Shown here: positions 11,940-22,540 of the stretch, piece by piece
Numbering within the stretch: position 1 is the stretch's first letter
How the letters are laid out: every line of letters begins with the position of its first letter
Assembly (NCBI GenBank): GCA_043228905.1
Contig: JBHGNT010000010.1
Span: forward strand, 1,178,001-1,242,000
Length of the DNA: 64,000 nucleotides
Source of the DNA: Azolla caroliniana
Lineage: Eukaryota > Plantae > Polypodiophyta
Direction of reading: 5' to 3'
Made by a program: the position numbers and the translations under genes
The notes under the pieces: model-generated
Told to the model about the DNA's origin: nothing
What the model saw: the letters and a program-made list of their open reading frames with translations, nothing else
The model's database searches: none

Positions 11940-13894
11940 CGGCGTATCTCCGAAAGGAAGGAATTCGGCGAGAATTCACTTGCCGACACACTCTGCAACA
12001 AAATGGAGTAGCCGAGCGCAAAAATCGGCACATCCTTGAAGTAGCGCGGGCCATGATGAACGAGAAGCATATGCCCAAGTCATATTGGGCCGAAGCTGCA
12101 AATACAACCATCTACCTAATGAACCGGTGCACAACATCCGGCGGGCACGAGGTCACTCCGCACGAAAAATACTTCGGAAAGAAGCCGGACTTATCGCACA
12201 TCCGCATATTCGGAGCAATAGTGTACGTGCACATCCCCGACGAGAAGCGTCAAAAGTTTGACCCGAAGTCGGAGAAATGTATCCTCGTAGGATACTCATT
12301 GGAGCAAAAGGGGTACAAGTGCTATGACCCTTCAACTCGAAAATCTCGAGTAAGTCGAGACGTCGTTTTTGACGAGTCCGCATCTTGGTACGCACCAGAG
12401 ACAACTCTGACTCCGACTCCGCTCGACCCGGAATTCGCTGACCAAGAGATCGAGGATGAGCATGATTGAAGAAAGTCCGATCACGACCTGACTGAGCGGA
12501 CCACAAGAGCCGTTGAGCAATCAAAGCACATCACGGCCTAGCCCGAAGATGGACAAAGGCAAGGCAAAAATGACGGAATATGAAGACGATCGCTTCGACG
12601 ACGATGAATTGACTCACTCACTCAACAGTGAGTTCGGCGGCTTCGATGTACCAATCGGAGCTAAGAAAGCCCTCATCTCTGCAAATGAAAAGCTCTGCCG
12701 ATCCACTCGTGAAAAGAACCCCGTAAGCCAGATCGGTTACAATGATTATATGACGTACCATTACGCCTTTATGATGAAGGTAGCAACAGTACGGGAGCCG
12801 GAAACCTTTTCGGAAGCCGCGAAGGACCCACGATGGATCGAAGCAATGAACGAGGAGATGCAAGCACTACGGAAGAACGAGACGTGGGATCTCGTTCCCA
12901 CCTCACCACACAAAAAGGCGATCGGATGCAGATGGATCTACAAGGTGAAGTACAACGCCGACGGTTCCGTCAACCGCTACAAAGCGCGACTCGTAGCGAA
13001 AGGCTACGCGCAAATGCATGGCGTCGACTACGAAGAGACCTTTGCCCCAGTGGCAAAGATGACGACAGTGCGGACTGTAATTGCTCTTGCCACGGCGAAA
13101 GGGTGGCACCTCCATCAAATGGACGTCAAGAACGCCTTTCTACAAGGCGAATTAGAAGAGGAGGCGAATTTGACGATCCCTAACTTGCCAAGCTTGAGGG
13201 GGAGTACTGAAGACACTACGCAATAACGCGTGGATTCCGCAACCACGCAACGAAGCAGTGCAGAGCCGATCTACTGCGCAAACCCGCGAAGAAAGAGCAG
13301 CAAAGAGCCGATCTACCGCTCAAAGCCGCGAAGAAAGACACAAGCCGAAGCACAGACTTCGCAACTATGCACGCAACCCGAAGCACAGACTTCGTAACTA
13401 CGCACAACGCAAGCTGGAGCACGGATTCCGCAACTCCGCATAAAGCGAATCGACGCGGACTCCCGAACGTGAATTGAAGCGGATTTCGGATACCGTCTTG
13501 AGCTTGAGGGGGCGTGTTGAGAATCAAGCTCAACTTGGTCTAGTGTGTGAACTCACCTTGAGAGTGAAGAGACACTCCAACGGTCAAGAGTCAGCATTAT
13601 GTCACCACTTTGTATTCTAGCATTTAGTATGAGTCATAGAATCATATTCTATGACACATAACTTATGAGCTTTCACATTCCCCATGCTCCATGAGTCTTG
13701 TAGTTAATGAAGAGAGAGGGTGACTACATAAAGCACCCTCCTCCCACCTTGTATAGTGTTGAGTCTTTCTCCTTTGTCAATATACTTTTACCTTGCATAT
13801 TCTCTGTGTTTCCCTCTCTCTCCCTCTCCTACACACACACATAACTCACATAGTCTCTTCTGCTTCACAAGAATCCATCTCTTCATTCTTTACA
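11940..13894 (+). mobile_element. Fragment of second Ty1/copia lineage (element C): integrase end, partial RT, 3' UTR, 3' LTR 13515-13894
   Basis: QQNGVAERKNR, KFDPKSEKC, YNDYMTYHYAFM, RT WIYKVK to QMDVKNAFLQG; internal deletion at ~13163 to the RNase H end; PPT GAGGGGGCG before TGTTGAG; LTR ends TTTACA. Confidence 0.85.
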
Positions 13895-14367
13895 TTACCG
13901 ATTAGGAACACTGTCTACACTCAGTCCTTCGAGGTAGACGTCAAGGTGACCGTGTTACAAGGAATGGAACCGTCTTCGCGTAAGGAGTAATGGGATATCA
14001 CATCGTATCTTGGTAGTGTATAAGGGAGATGGCTACAATTGAACTCCGTAGGAAGTGCACTAGTACACGCACCTATGCTTACACACACTTATGATTTAAA
14101 CAGTACGTAGCAAAGTAGCAATGGACTGTTACGTAGATAGACACAGATAATGCACAGAGGTCAAAGAAGATAGGATTCTATTAGAAAAACGTCCTGCACT
14201 CAAAATTACACGCTACCTCTTACAGAGGATTTTTGCCCTTTATATAGACAGGGCTTTTAGCCGTTCACGCTTCCCTTGTGAACTGTTAAATTCGTTTCTT
14301 AACGCTTTACTATATTATAATACTTCTGCCCTTCTGTCCGTCGGTTACGATTCCAACGGACAACTCC

Positions 14368-14384
14368 TGGCACGCCTGTGGGAT
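14368..14384 (+). promoter_or_regulatory. PBS-like sequence (tRNA-Arg-like) on the antisense strand at the PPT position of P1
   Basis: TGGCACGCCTGTGGGAT begins 5 nt inside the 3' LTR boundary; no purine tract on the element strand. Confidence 0.75.
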
Positions 14385-14399
14385 AGTGCAATGGCACGT

Positions 14400-17010
14400 C
14401 GAACCCATCCCTCTATTCTTGCTCCAAAATAACCCGGATGTTTGGTTCCGCTCCTTCGTACTGGTCTGGGGACGACGTAGTGCCCATAGGCATGTCGTTG
14501 CTCGGTTGCATGTCTTTACTTGCTTTGTCATCGTGGATGTTTCCATGGCATCAACGTCTCCCTGCGTGGGCGGACCCGGCTCTACTGGCTCATTCCGTTC
14601 CACTGTGGTTGGCTCTTCTGTCTGCAGGCTCTTAGTAGGTTGAGGCTCTGTCCTATCCGTAACTTCCTCCGCATTGCTGACCGTAGTTGTCATCTCCGTT
14701 GAATTGGGTTACGGTTCCTCCTGATCGGCGGTATCACTATCTGGTATCGCGATGGGCTCTAGTCTTTGCCGCATGCTGCCTGCTTCCATGATTTGGTGAA
14801 ACATATCCTCCTAACTTTCGCTGAAATCTTCTAGTAGTTGCGCGAGTTCCTCGGAGTGTTGGTCTACTAGCGTGCGATAATCTTGTGCTAGGTCCTCACG
14901 TACTGCTGCAATGCCTTCCTCATTGAGTTTGTAGAACCCTTGGCCTTCTTTCCTATGGTTTTCCTAGTTCACCCGGTAGGTATGCAACTCCGCCGCTTGT
15001 GTTGCCCACGCCATCCAGCCTTTGTCTAGCGCTACTTGTAATTGCGCTGTAAACCTCTCCAGATTTGTTTGAAGAAGTACGCGCATGTTGTCAGTTATTA
15101 CTTGGCAACGGTTTTGTGCTTCTTCAAGGGTTTTTTTGAGGTTTTCGATTTCTTGCTTATTAACCGCAACCATTTCCTCATAATGGTTCTTCATTCCTGC
15201 CCATATCTTGGATTCTTTTGAGTGTAATTCCTCCAGCCGGCCCATTTCATTGTCAGGCGGACTTCAACCTGATGCCTCACCTCCTGTTCTTGAACGAGCT
15301 GCTTGTCGTACCATGCTTTTTTCTTTTCCAATAACGCCCGGAGTCCTCCGATCGCTGCTTTCGACTTTTGGGCTTCCTCCCGTAGTTTGGTGTTTTCTTC
15401 TTTCATGCGGGTCTGTGCTGCTAGCTCCGCTTTGAGTTTCTCTTCGAGGGGTTTCACTGCCTTTCGGCCATTGGCCCGGATGTCCTTTTCTCTATCGGAG
15501 GATTGGTAGAGTTCTGAGCAGAGGCGGCTGACTCCGCAAGCTGCGTAGCCCTTTTCGCTTTAACGACGATGGCCTGTTGTGCGGCAATCTCCTCTTGTAG
15601 GGTTATTGAGGGGTCCTCCCCTGCTGCTAGTTCGGGATTTTTCGGTGCCCTAGTGACACTGTGTTCGAGCTCCGTAATGCGGTCTTGGGCCTGTTGTAAT
15701 TGGTCTTACGTCATCTTGACTGTTTTCTACACATTTTTATTCTTGCTAGCCATATCCTTGGCCCCCACACTCACTCTAGGGAATTCCTGATGTACCTCAA
15801 CCAGGGCCACATTCAATGGAGGTAGTTTGATTCCCATACGCCGAATCCCCGCATTCCGTTGCCTGCCTACCTTGGCTAGTGGCCCTTCATCCTCACTTTC
15901 CATTGTTTGTGTGAGCGCTCGCTTAATCATCTGTTGTTCTGCGTGCTCCTCCGCCATTCTCTCCGATACCTTGATTTGTTGCATTGCCAAAAATTCCATG
16001 AGTTCGTAAGTTGTTCCAAATTGTAGTAGCGCACCGAACTCATGGGCTATATCCAGGATGTCCGGGTACATTAGGACTTCGCTTTCTGTCGTGAGTATGC
16101 CTTTCCCTCGCTGCGACTGGGCCGTAATGATCAGCCGTGGTTCCCGGATTATTTCGAAAGTGGTGTTGGACTCCATAGGTGCGGAACTGTCGACCAAGGC
16201 GGTCGTGTCTGTGTCCGCGATTGTGTCTTTGTCCGTGGTTGTGTCTTTGACTAGTCCGCACCCATCTTTCCTGTCTAGCCTACGCCGTTTCGACCTTGGG
16301 ATTTTCTGGCGTTGCTTGGCTTCCTGCTCCTGCGGAGTTTCCTCCCTACTCGCCGACCGTTCTTCCTATGTTTTCCACGTGCTAGGCTGGGAAGATTGTG
16401 GTTCATCTTCCCATTCTGTGGTAGCCAACGCTGCTAACCTCCGTTTCGCGGAATGTGGCGATAACGTGGGTTTGCTTGGATGTGGTGCGGGCAGACCTCG
16501 GGGCGGAAATAGTATCGTCAGATACGGGTGTATGATTGGCCTTAGCTTTTTGCCGCCCTGATTTGCGTGCATGCCTTCCCGTAACACTGGTCCCGTAATT
16601 ACCCCCCCATTGACCGCGTGCCCTTCGAAGGTATCAATGATGATGCCTGCCTTTTGCTTTGGCATCCCATAGGCATTTACATGCACGCATCCTACCTCCA
16701 ACAAGAACTTGGCTATTTCTCGAAAGAAGGGGTCGGGGATTTCCTTTGTCCTGTATGCTTTGGCGGACACCAAATATGCCCCGAAATATCTCTACAAGGT
16801 TTCCGCAGGAGGGATGTCGAAATGTTTTTCTCCAAGTGATGATAACTCAAGCTTCTTCCGGATGGTAGCGTTGGTGACCGTGTCTATATTGAGCTTCCTG
16901 ACAATTTCCAGGGCTTCAGGGTGAGCAGGTGCCTCGACGACTTTGATGTATCCATCTAGTTTCTTTTGAAGGAGCCATCTACACAAGGCAGCAAAAATAG
17001 TGATCGGCAT
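14400..17010 (-). pseudogene. Extra ORF 3' of pol in P1 (conserved N-terminal domain plus long coiled coil), fragmented
   Basis: Co-oriented ORF pieces 16792-17259, 16366-16773, 15727-16197, 15191-15457, 14964-15245; N-terminus WLLQKKLDGYIKVVEAPAH resembles P2 WLKQHGLEGFLRIVEAPPH; E/K/Q-rich heptads. Confidence 0.7.
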
Positions 17011-19533
17011 CGTAGGTGGTTGAGACTCGTGGGTAGTAGGTGAGGTTTGTTGGCTATGGTAGACGTGGGCTCTGTGGTATGATGTGGAGTAAGGTGAGTG
17101 ACGAGAGTGACGAGAGCAAGGAGGGTTAGAGGCTGAAGAGTGGTTTTTGTACTGGGCAGAAAACCTTCTATTTTCTTCTTTTTGTGGCCTAGGGTTCATT
17201 GGTCTGTGAGCCATCGTGGTGCCGCGTGTTCTTGCTCTAGAAGTTTGTGCATGCATCAAGTCCTTTTAATAGCGTCAGTATCTTCTTCTTCTTCTTCTTT
17301 TTTCTTTTTGTTTCCTCTTGTAACGGTTACATACAATAGTATTGTTACATTATAATACAGGTGGGTCCCTTTTAATTAATTAATCCACGGATTCTTTGGC
17401 CGTGTCGTTTACGGCATGGAACAGGTTTGGTGGCACCGGTCCCAGGTAGGGTTTTAGTCGAAACCCATTCACCTTTATCCAGCATGGCCCCGTCCAACGG
17501 AATCTTAATTTACATGGCATTTGCAATATTCATACACATCCCTTTGCGTAGTCGGCCACCATAGGCCGGCTTGCCAGACTTTACGAGCCGTAACATCGCT
17601 TGCATAGTGTCCTCCTAACGTACCACAGTGAGTTTCACGTAAAACCGCTTCCTTCTCATCCTAGCGTATTACGTGTCGCCAGATACCATCATTGCCTTTG
17701 TGATACAGGATCCCGTCGACCAGACAGAAGTTACGACTTCGAACGGCCAATCGTTTCTTTTCGTCCATCCTTAATTGCGGCGGTGGTAATCTTGTGGTCA
17801 GAAAGAATGTCATCTCCATCAACCAACGATCTGGAAAAGATTTTTCTGTACGTGTCGCTATAGTTGCGATCCACAGGATATCTGCATCAGGAAAGTCATC
17901 ATCATCCTTCCGCACCATTTCTCCATTATCTATCCTGCTTAAGAAATCCGCTAAGGCGTGTTGCGTACCAGGTCGATGTTGTATAACAAAGTTGAACACG
18001 AGAGAAGGAGAGAGAAGGAGAGAGAGAGAGAGAGAAACCACGTGGGCAACACCGACTCAACACACGCCTCTTATGTACAGGAAACAAAGGGAAAGAAATG
18101 CATCCGACACCAACAGAGAAACAAATATGTACAACTTGTTATATATATATTTACACGAGCAAGATACAACTCCAGCTTCGAGACGGACAGGTAGGTTAGG
18201 TTACAACAACCGTCTACTACCAAGCCGCCGATCGGGGAGCTCTCGGGCTCGTCGCGCCGAGTGTGGTCTTGCACAAGAGACCGAGCAGAAGCAAACCCCA
18301 CTTAACATACAAGCTCTTCACCAGACTAAACCCTAAACAGACACGAAGGAGAAGACGAAGTCGAAGAACCCTAACCGAAACAAGAAAGTAAGAAGAAGAA
18401 GCTACCAAAATGAAACTCTAAACGAAACGGGGTGAAGAAGACTAAAGTAGAAACCCTAAGAAAATAAGAATAAGATGAAGAGGAAGAACACTACCAAACC
18501 CTAAATCCAACGATATACCCTCCTAACTCAAAATGGGTTTGGCCTGCCATGCCAGTCGTTGCCACTTCAATTGAGCCATTGAGATCTCCGAAGTGGGTGT
18601 GGAGGATCCTTCTCCAGCCCTCGATCCAGTTTCCGGTCTCCAGTCCGCATAGTCTGTTATGCGCCCGTGCTCTCGTTCCCGGCTGGTAAGGGTTCGACCT
18701 TTGTCAAGTCTGGCCTCAACAGCTCCTGGTTCACCGGTTCCCAGCCCGCTCTTCCCATATCGCTGGTTCTTGTTTCTTGCCACCACCATCCTTCTCACTC
18801 GGCTCACGTTGCCATGTCGGCTTGAACTGCCGGTGTCTTCAAATCGGTGTGAGGACCCCATAGGACCGTCCTATCGTAGCCTTTGCCCTCGTCCCCTTGC
18901 CACCACCGTCAGTCTCTTGTTCTTACGTCAGCTCCGCTGCCAACTGCCGAAGTCTCTAGATCCGGTGTGAAGGATCCTCCTTGGGCCTCCTGTCTTTCCG
19001 ACCCTATCCCGAGTCTTCCTATCCCGGGGCTCGCTCCACACCCTCTCCTGTGGTACCGGTGTACCGTTGTCGCGAAGATGCGCGTGCGAGCGTGCTTCGT
19101 TTGAGCGGGACCACCGGGGTCTTGGACCAAGGAGGATGTCCGTCAAGGTATTGAGAAGAGGACCATGTGAATGTAAGATTGGAGGAAGACCTATTACACT
19201 TGAGAAGATTGAAGATTGTAGATAAATAATTACAAGATAGATGCGAAGAAGAAGAAATGGAAGCTTATATTATTGATGGTGATGATGATGGTCATATCAT
19301 ATTGAGCCCCCCCCTTTACACAAGCCGTACTAGGGGTTTTATAGGTTTGTCCATGCACAAAACCATGGGCTTGGAGCCATGGTTTCTGTGCACACAGTTT
19401 TGCTTTGTGACATGCAGAAAACCATGGGCTTAAAACTATGGGCTTAAAACCGTGGTTTTGTGTACATGGTTTTGTACGTTTGTTTCCTATGGAATACTGA
19501 ATATGAGAAAGAAATATAGAACATCTAAAGCAC

Positions 19534-19607
19534 TTAGTAGTAGCTTTAGTGGTAAGGTAATTGCCTCTTATCTTAGAGGTGCAAGGTTCAAATCCTACTT
19601 GCAACCC
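19534..19607 (+). promoter_or_regulatory. tRNA-derived Pol III A/B box cassette in T1 3' LTR
   Basis: A box TAGCTTTAGTGG 19541-19552; B box GGTTCAAATCC 19585-19595; tRNA-like spacing. Confidence 0.7.
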
Positions 19608-19710
19608 TCTACATGCACTCAATGCCATTGTGACCTAGGTTTATTTATTTTCATTTTTACAAGTATTCGTGAAATGTGTGCGGATCCTCAATTTTTGACT
19701 TTTTCTCGCA

Positions 19711-22029
19711 CTAGACATGCCACATCACGACATCCACCCCACCAAACCGCACATCCTCCGGTATGTGCCAAGAAGAAAAGAGTGATGTGGAAGGGTCAAA
19801 GGTGGTTGGTGTTTGATTTCCTCCTTTCTTGTGCCTCGTCCGCACCGTCTTTTTGTCGTCTACTTCGAACTGTCGTTGCCATCCGATCCACCATATCATT
19901 CGCTCACCTTTTTTATTGCCATGTCTAGTTGTCATGGCTCCCTTTGCTCCTCCCGAGCATAACGCTTCATGCCTCATGCATGTGCCACCTTCATCTCGGC
20001 CATCTCCTTGGTCACCTAACTTTCCTTTATCATCATTTCTCGTCTCATGCTTGCCTTTCCTTATGCTCACTAGCCTCAACCGGGTGTCACGACTCGTCTG
20101 CTTCGACCTCCGCCTAGGCCGGTTCAACTTTTGTCTGTCTCGACCAATCAGCTTCTGGCTTGGTCGGCCTTCCTCCGGATTCACATTCAGCCGAATCAGA
20201 CTCAGACGATCGACTTTCGTCCGGGTCAGTTTCCATCCGGTTTTCGGTTGGGTCGGGCCCGTTTGATCAACTCTCATTCGGGTCGGCTTCCGTTCGGGTC
20301 GGAATACCAACCGCGTCATCTTCCATCCGGATTGTATTCTAGTTCTTCCTTTCTTGCCGCTATCTGGCTCTTCATCGAACTCTATTGTAGCTTTGTTTTT
20401 GGCGTCCTTGTTGGCTACCGTTCCTCTGTATGCGCTGGCGTCGACCCTCATCTCCTCGCCGCCACCTTCCATCTCTTCGGTCTTATGTTCGCTCTCGGGC
20501 ACAACTGCCAAAGTCTCCAGAATCGGTGTGGAGGGATTCCTTCGTCTGTGGCCATCCTCCTCATCGTTGTTTCGGTCCTTCGATTTCCAGCCGCCACCTT
20601 CCGTCTCTCTGGTCTCACGTTGACACTCGGGCACAACTGCCGAAGTCTCAGGAACAATTGTGGGGAGAACCTCGACACCATCGGTCACCGTCTTCTCATC
20701 CGTAGCCATCTTTCGCTCAATGTTGTTATTCACATTGTCTTCAATATTTTCTTCCCCACCACTTTCCGTCTCTTGGGTCTCATGTTGGCTCTCGGACGCA
20801 ACTGCCCAAGTCTCTAGATCAAGTGTTGGGAAAGTCTCGACACGGTCATTCACCGTGGACTCTTCCTTAGCCATCTGCGACTTGATGTCATTCCTCATGG
20901 CTACCACCTCAATCACGTCGACCTTGCACTCTTTATATCCCTTGATCACACAAGCTTCCCTCATGCTTGCACCTTCATTACTCGATATTTCGGACACAAC
21001 ATGTGTTCCGAAATGCTCGTCCACTCTTAAAGCAGCATTTCCCGCTCTCGAGTCTTCGGACTTTCTCTTGACCGTCGTTCCTCCATAAGTCGAGAAGGTG
21101 GCTTGTTTCACACCTTCTCCCATGGTACTATCATACCAAACCTGGGCCTTCGTATTGGCCGCACCATTAGTCTGCATTTGTCGGGAGGTCTCGTCTTCAT
21201 CGATCACCATTTTCCTCGGTTTTGTTTTCAGCTTCTCTTCAACCTCGACTTGTGCCTTTAAGTTCATTAATGCCTCTCTCATCAAGACTTCTATGTTGAG
21301 TTCTATCGAAGCTTCCCTCTTCGAGCTTTCTTCCTTCAGTGGGTTTTTATTGCCACATCCCATTCTCCTTTGAACATCCCTTGTGGGTCGTGTTGTTGTC
21401 GATGAGAGTCTCATCTCCCTCTTATCGTGTTGTCGGCATACCCTTTCCACTTTGGCCCAATCCTCAGTGAGGCCATTTTCACCATTGTCATCCTCTAGTT
21501 GGATTCCAATGGCCTTCCTTTCATTCCAATCGATTGACTTAACAAACATCAGAACTTTATTCACCCCCACCAATCTTCGATCCCGGTTCGAGAGTTGAGC
21601 GAAGCGATACTCAAACTCAACGAATGCATGCATAGCACTCTGGTGGGTCTTTCTCGATGACACCCATTCGTGAAACTCATACAGACCTCGTCCCTTTTGC
21701 TCTTCGTAACCATATGATTCTCGTAAAGCTTCTTTGAAGGACACCCACGAATCGTGAGTTTTTTGAATCTCTTTAATCTCTTCGAAGATCGGTTCGGCCA
21801 CCACTCGACAAAAGTACTCCAGCCTCATCGCTTCCTCCACTCCTCTTGAATCCATTTCGGCATTGTAGGCCTTTAGAAATTTTTGGACTTTGCCTCCATC
21901 GAAAAACCCGACTCGCTTGATCATGCTTTTGACGGCTTGTTGGGCCGCATCACGTGTTTTCCCTTCTCTTGAAAACTCCATCATCATCTTTGACATTTCC
22001 TTCATTAGATATTCCTCGTCCAGCTTCAT
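19711..22029 (-). CDS. Gag-like protein, 772 aa, with acidic repeats and basic C-terminus
   Basis: Uninterrupted ORF starting 17 nt after the PBS; N-terminal ~200 aa similar to the gag at 54032 and 24494-25079; no PR, RT or IN motifs. Confidence 0.75.
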   Translation of the reverse strand: MKLDEEYLMKEMSKMMMEFSREGKTRDAAQQAVKSMIKRVGFFDGGKVQKFLKAYNAEMDSRGVEEAMRLEYFCRVVAEPIFEEIKEIQKTHDSWVSFKEALRESYGYEEQKGRGLYEFHEWVSSRKTHQSAMHAFVEFEYRFAQLSNRDRRLVGVNKVLMFVKSIDWNERKAIGIQLEDDNGENGLTEDWAKVERVCRQHDKREMRLSSTTTRPTRDVQRRMGCGNKNPLKEESSKREASIELNIEVLMREALMNLKAQVEVEEKLKTKPRKMVIDEDETSRQMQTNGAANTKAQVWYDSTMGEGVKQATFSTYGGTTVKRKSEDSRAGNAALRVDEHFGTHVVSEISSNEGASMREACVIKGYKECKVDVIEVVAMRNDIKSQMAKEESTVNDRVETFPTLDLETWAVASESQHETQETESGGEENIEDNVNNNIERKMATDEKTVTDGVEVLPTIVPETSAVVPECQRETRETEGGGWKSKDRNNDEEDGHRRRNPSTPILETLAVVPESEHKTEEMEGGGEEMRVDASAYRGTVANKDAKNKATIEFDEEPDSGKKGRTRIQSGWKMTRLVFRPERKPTRMRVDQTGPTQPKTGWKLTRTKVDRLSLIRLNVNPEEGRPSQKLIGRDRQKLNRPRRRSKQTSRDTRLRLVSIRKGKHETRNDDKGKLGDQGDGRDEGGTCMRHEALCSGGAKGAMTTRHGNKKGERMIWWIGWQRQFEVDDKKTVRTRHKKGGNQTPTTFDPSTSLFSSWHIPEDVRFGGVDVVMWHV

Positions 22030-22045
22030 CCTCCCCTACTGCTCT

Positions 22046-22062
22046 TCACGTCGGGTTCACCA
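22046..22062 (-). promoter_or_regulatory. PBS, tRNA-Trp (T1)
   Basis: TGGTGAACCCGACGTGA on the minus strand, matching the remembered plant tRNA-Trp 3' end; identical copies at 25095-25111 (-) and 53964-53980 (+). Confidence 0.85.
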
Positions 22063-22466
22063 ATTTATTATGTCGTGAAGATCCGTCACTACGCGCGGAT
22101 CGTGAGGCGGAACCGCCGGGGTTCTGGACCAGAAGGATTTAGAGTCGATACAAGCTTTGGCGAGAAAGTACTTAAGATAGATTGGGAAAGAGAGAAGATG
22201 AGATTACACGATTGATTTGATAACGAATTTCTTCTTCTTCTTAATTTTCATAAAAAAAACCGTCTTTTTCTCCTCCCCCTTCCCTCTTTTATAGATGCTC
22301 TCATGCATATGATGCATGTGAGGGTACAAGACATGCATAAATTGCATGTTTGCCATTTGGCGCTTAAGTATTACATGTGATGCATGCTAACCATGTCACT
22401 CATTTTAGCACTCATGGATAAGAATTTACATATAAAAGTACAATGATAGAAATATAATTTCAACTA

Positions 22467-22540
22467 AATACTATGGCTTAATGGTAAGCCATTTGACTCC
22501 TAACTTGGAGGTGCAAGGTTCGAATCCATACTTGCCCTCC
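22467..22540 (+). promoter_or_regulatory. tRNA-derived Pol III A/B box cassette in T1 5' LTR
   Basis: A box TGGCTTAATGG 22474-22484 within hairpin ATGGCTT/AAGCCAT; perfect B box GGTTCGAATCC 22517-22527. Confidence 0.75.

Noticed and set aside
10538-12469. 643-aa ORF with IN-RT-IN order as a novel polyprotein
   Set aside because: Produced by a small frameshifting deletion at ~11770 and a deletion junction at ~11940 between two elements.
19534-19607. Functional tRNA gene (also 22467-22540)
   Set aside because: A and B boxes are present but acceptor and anticodon stems do not pair.
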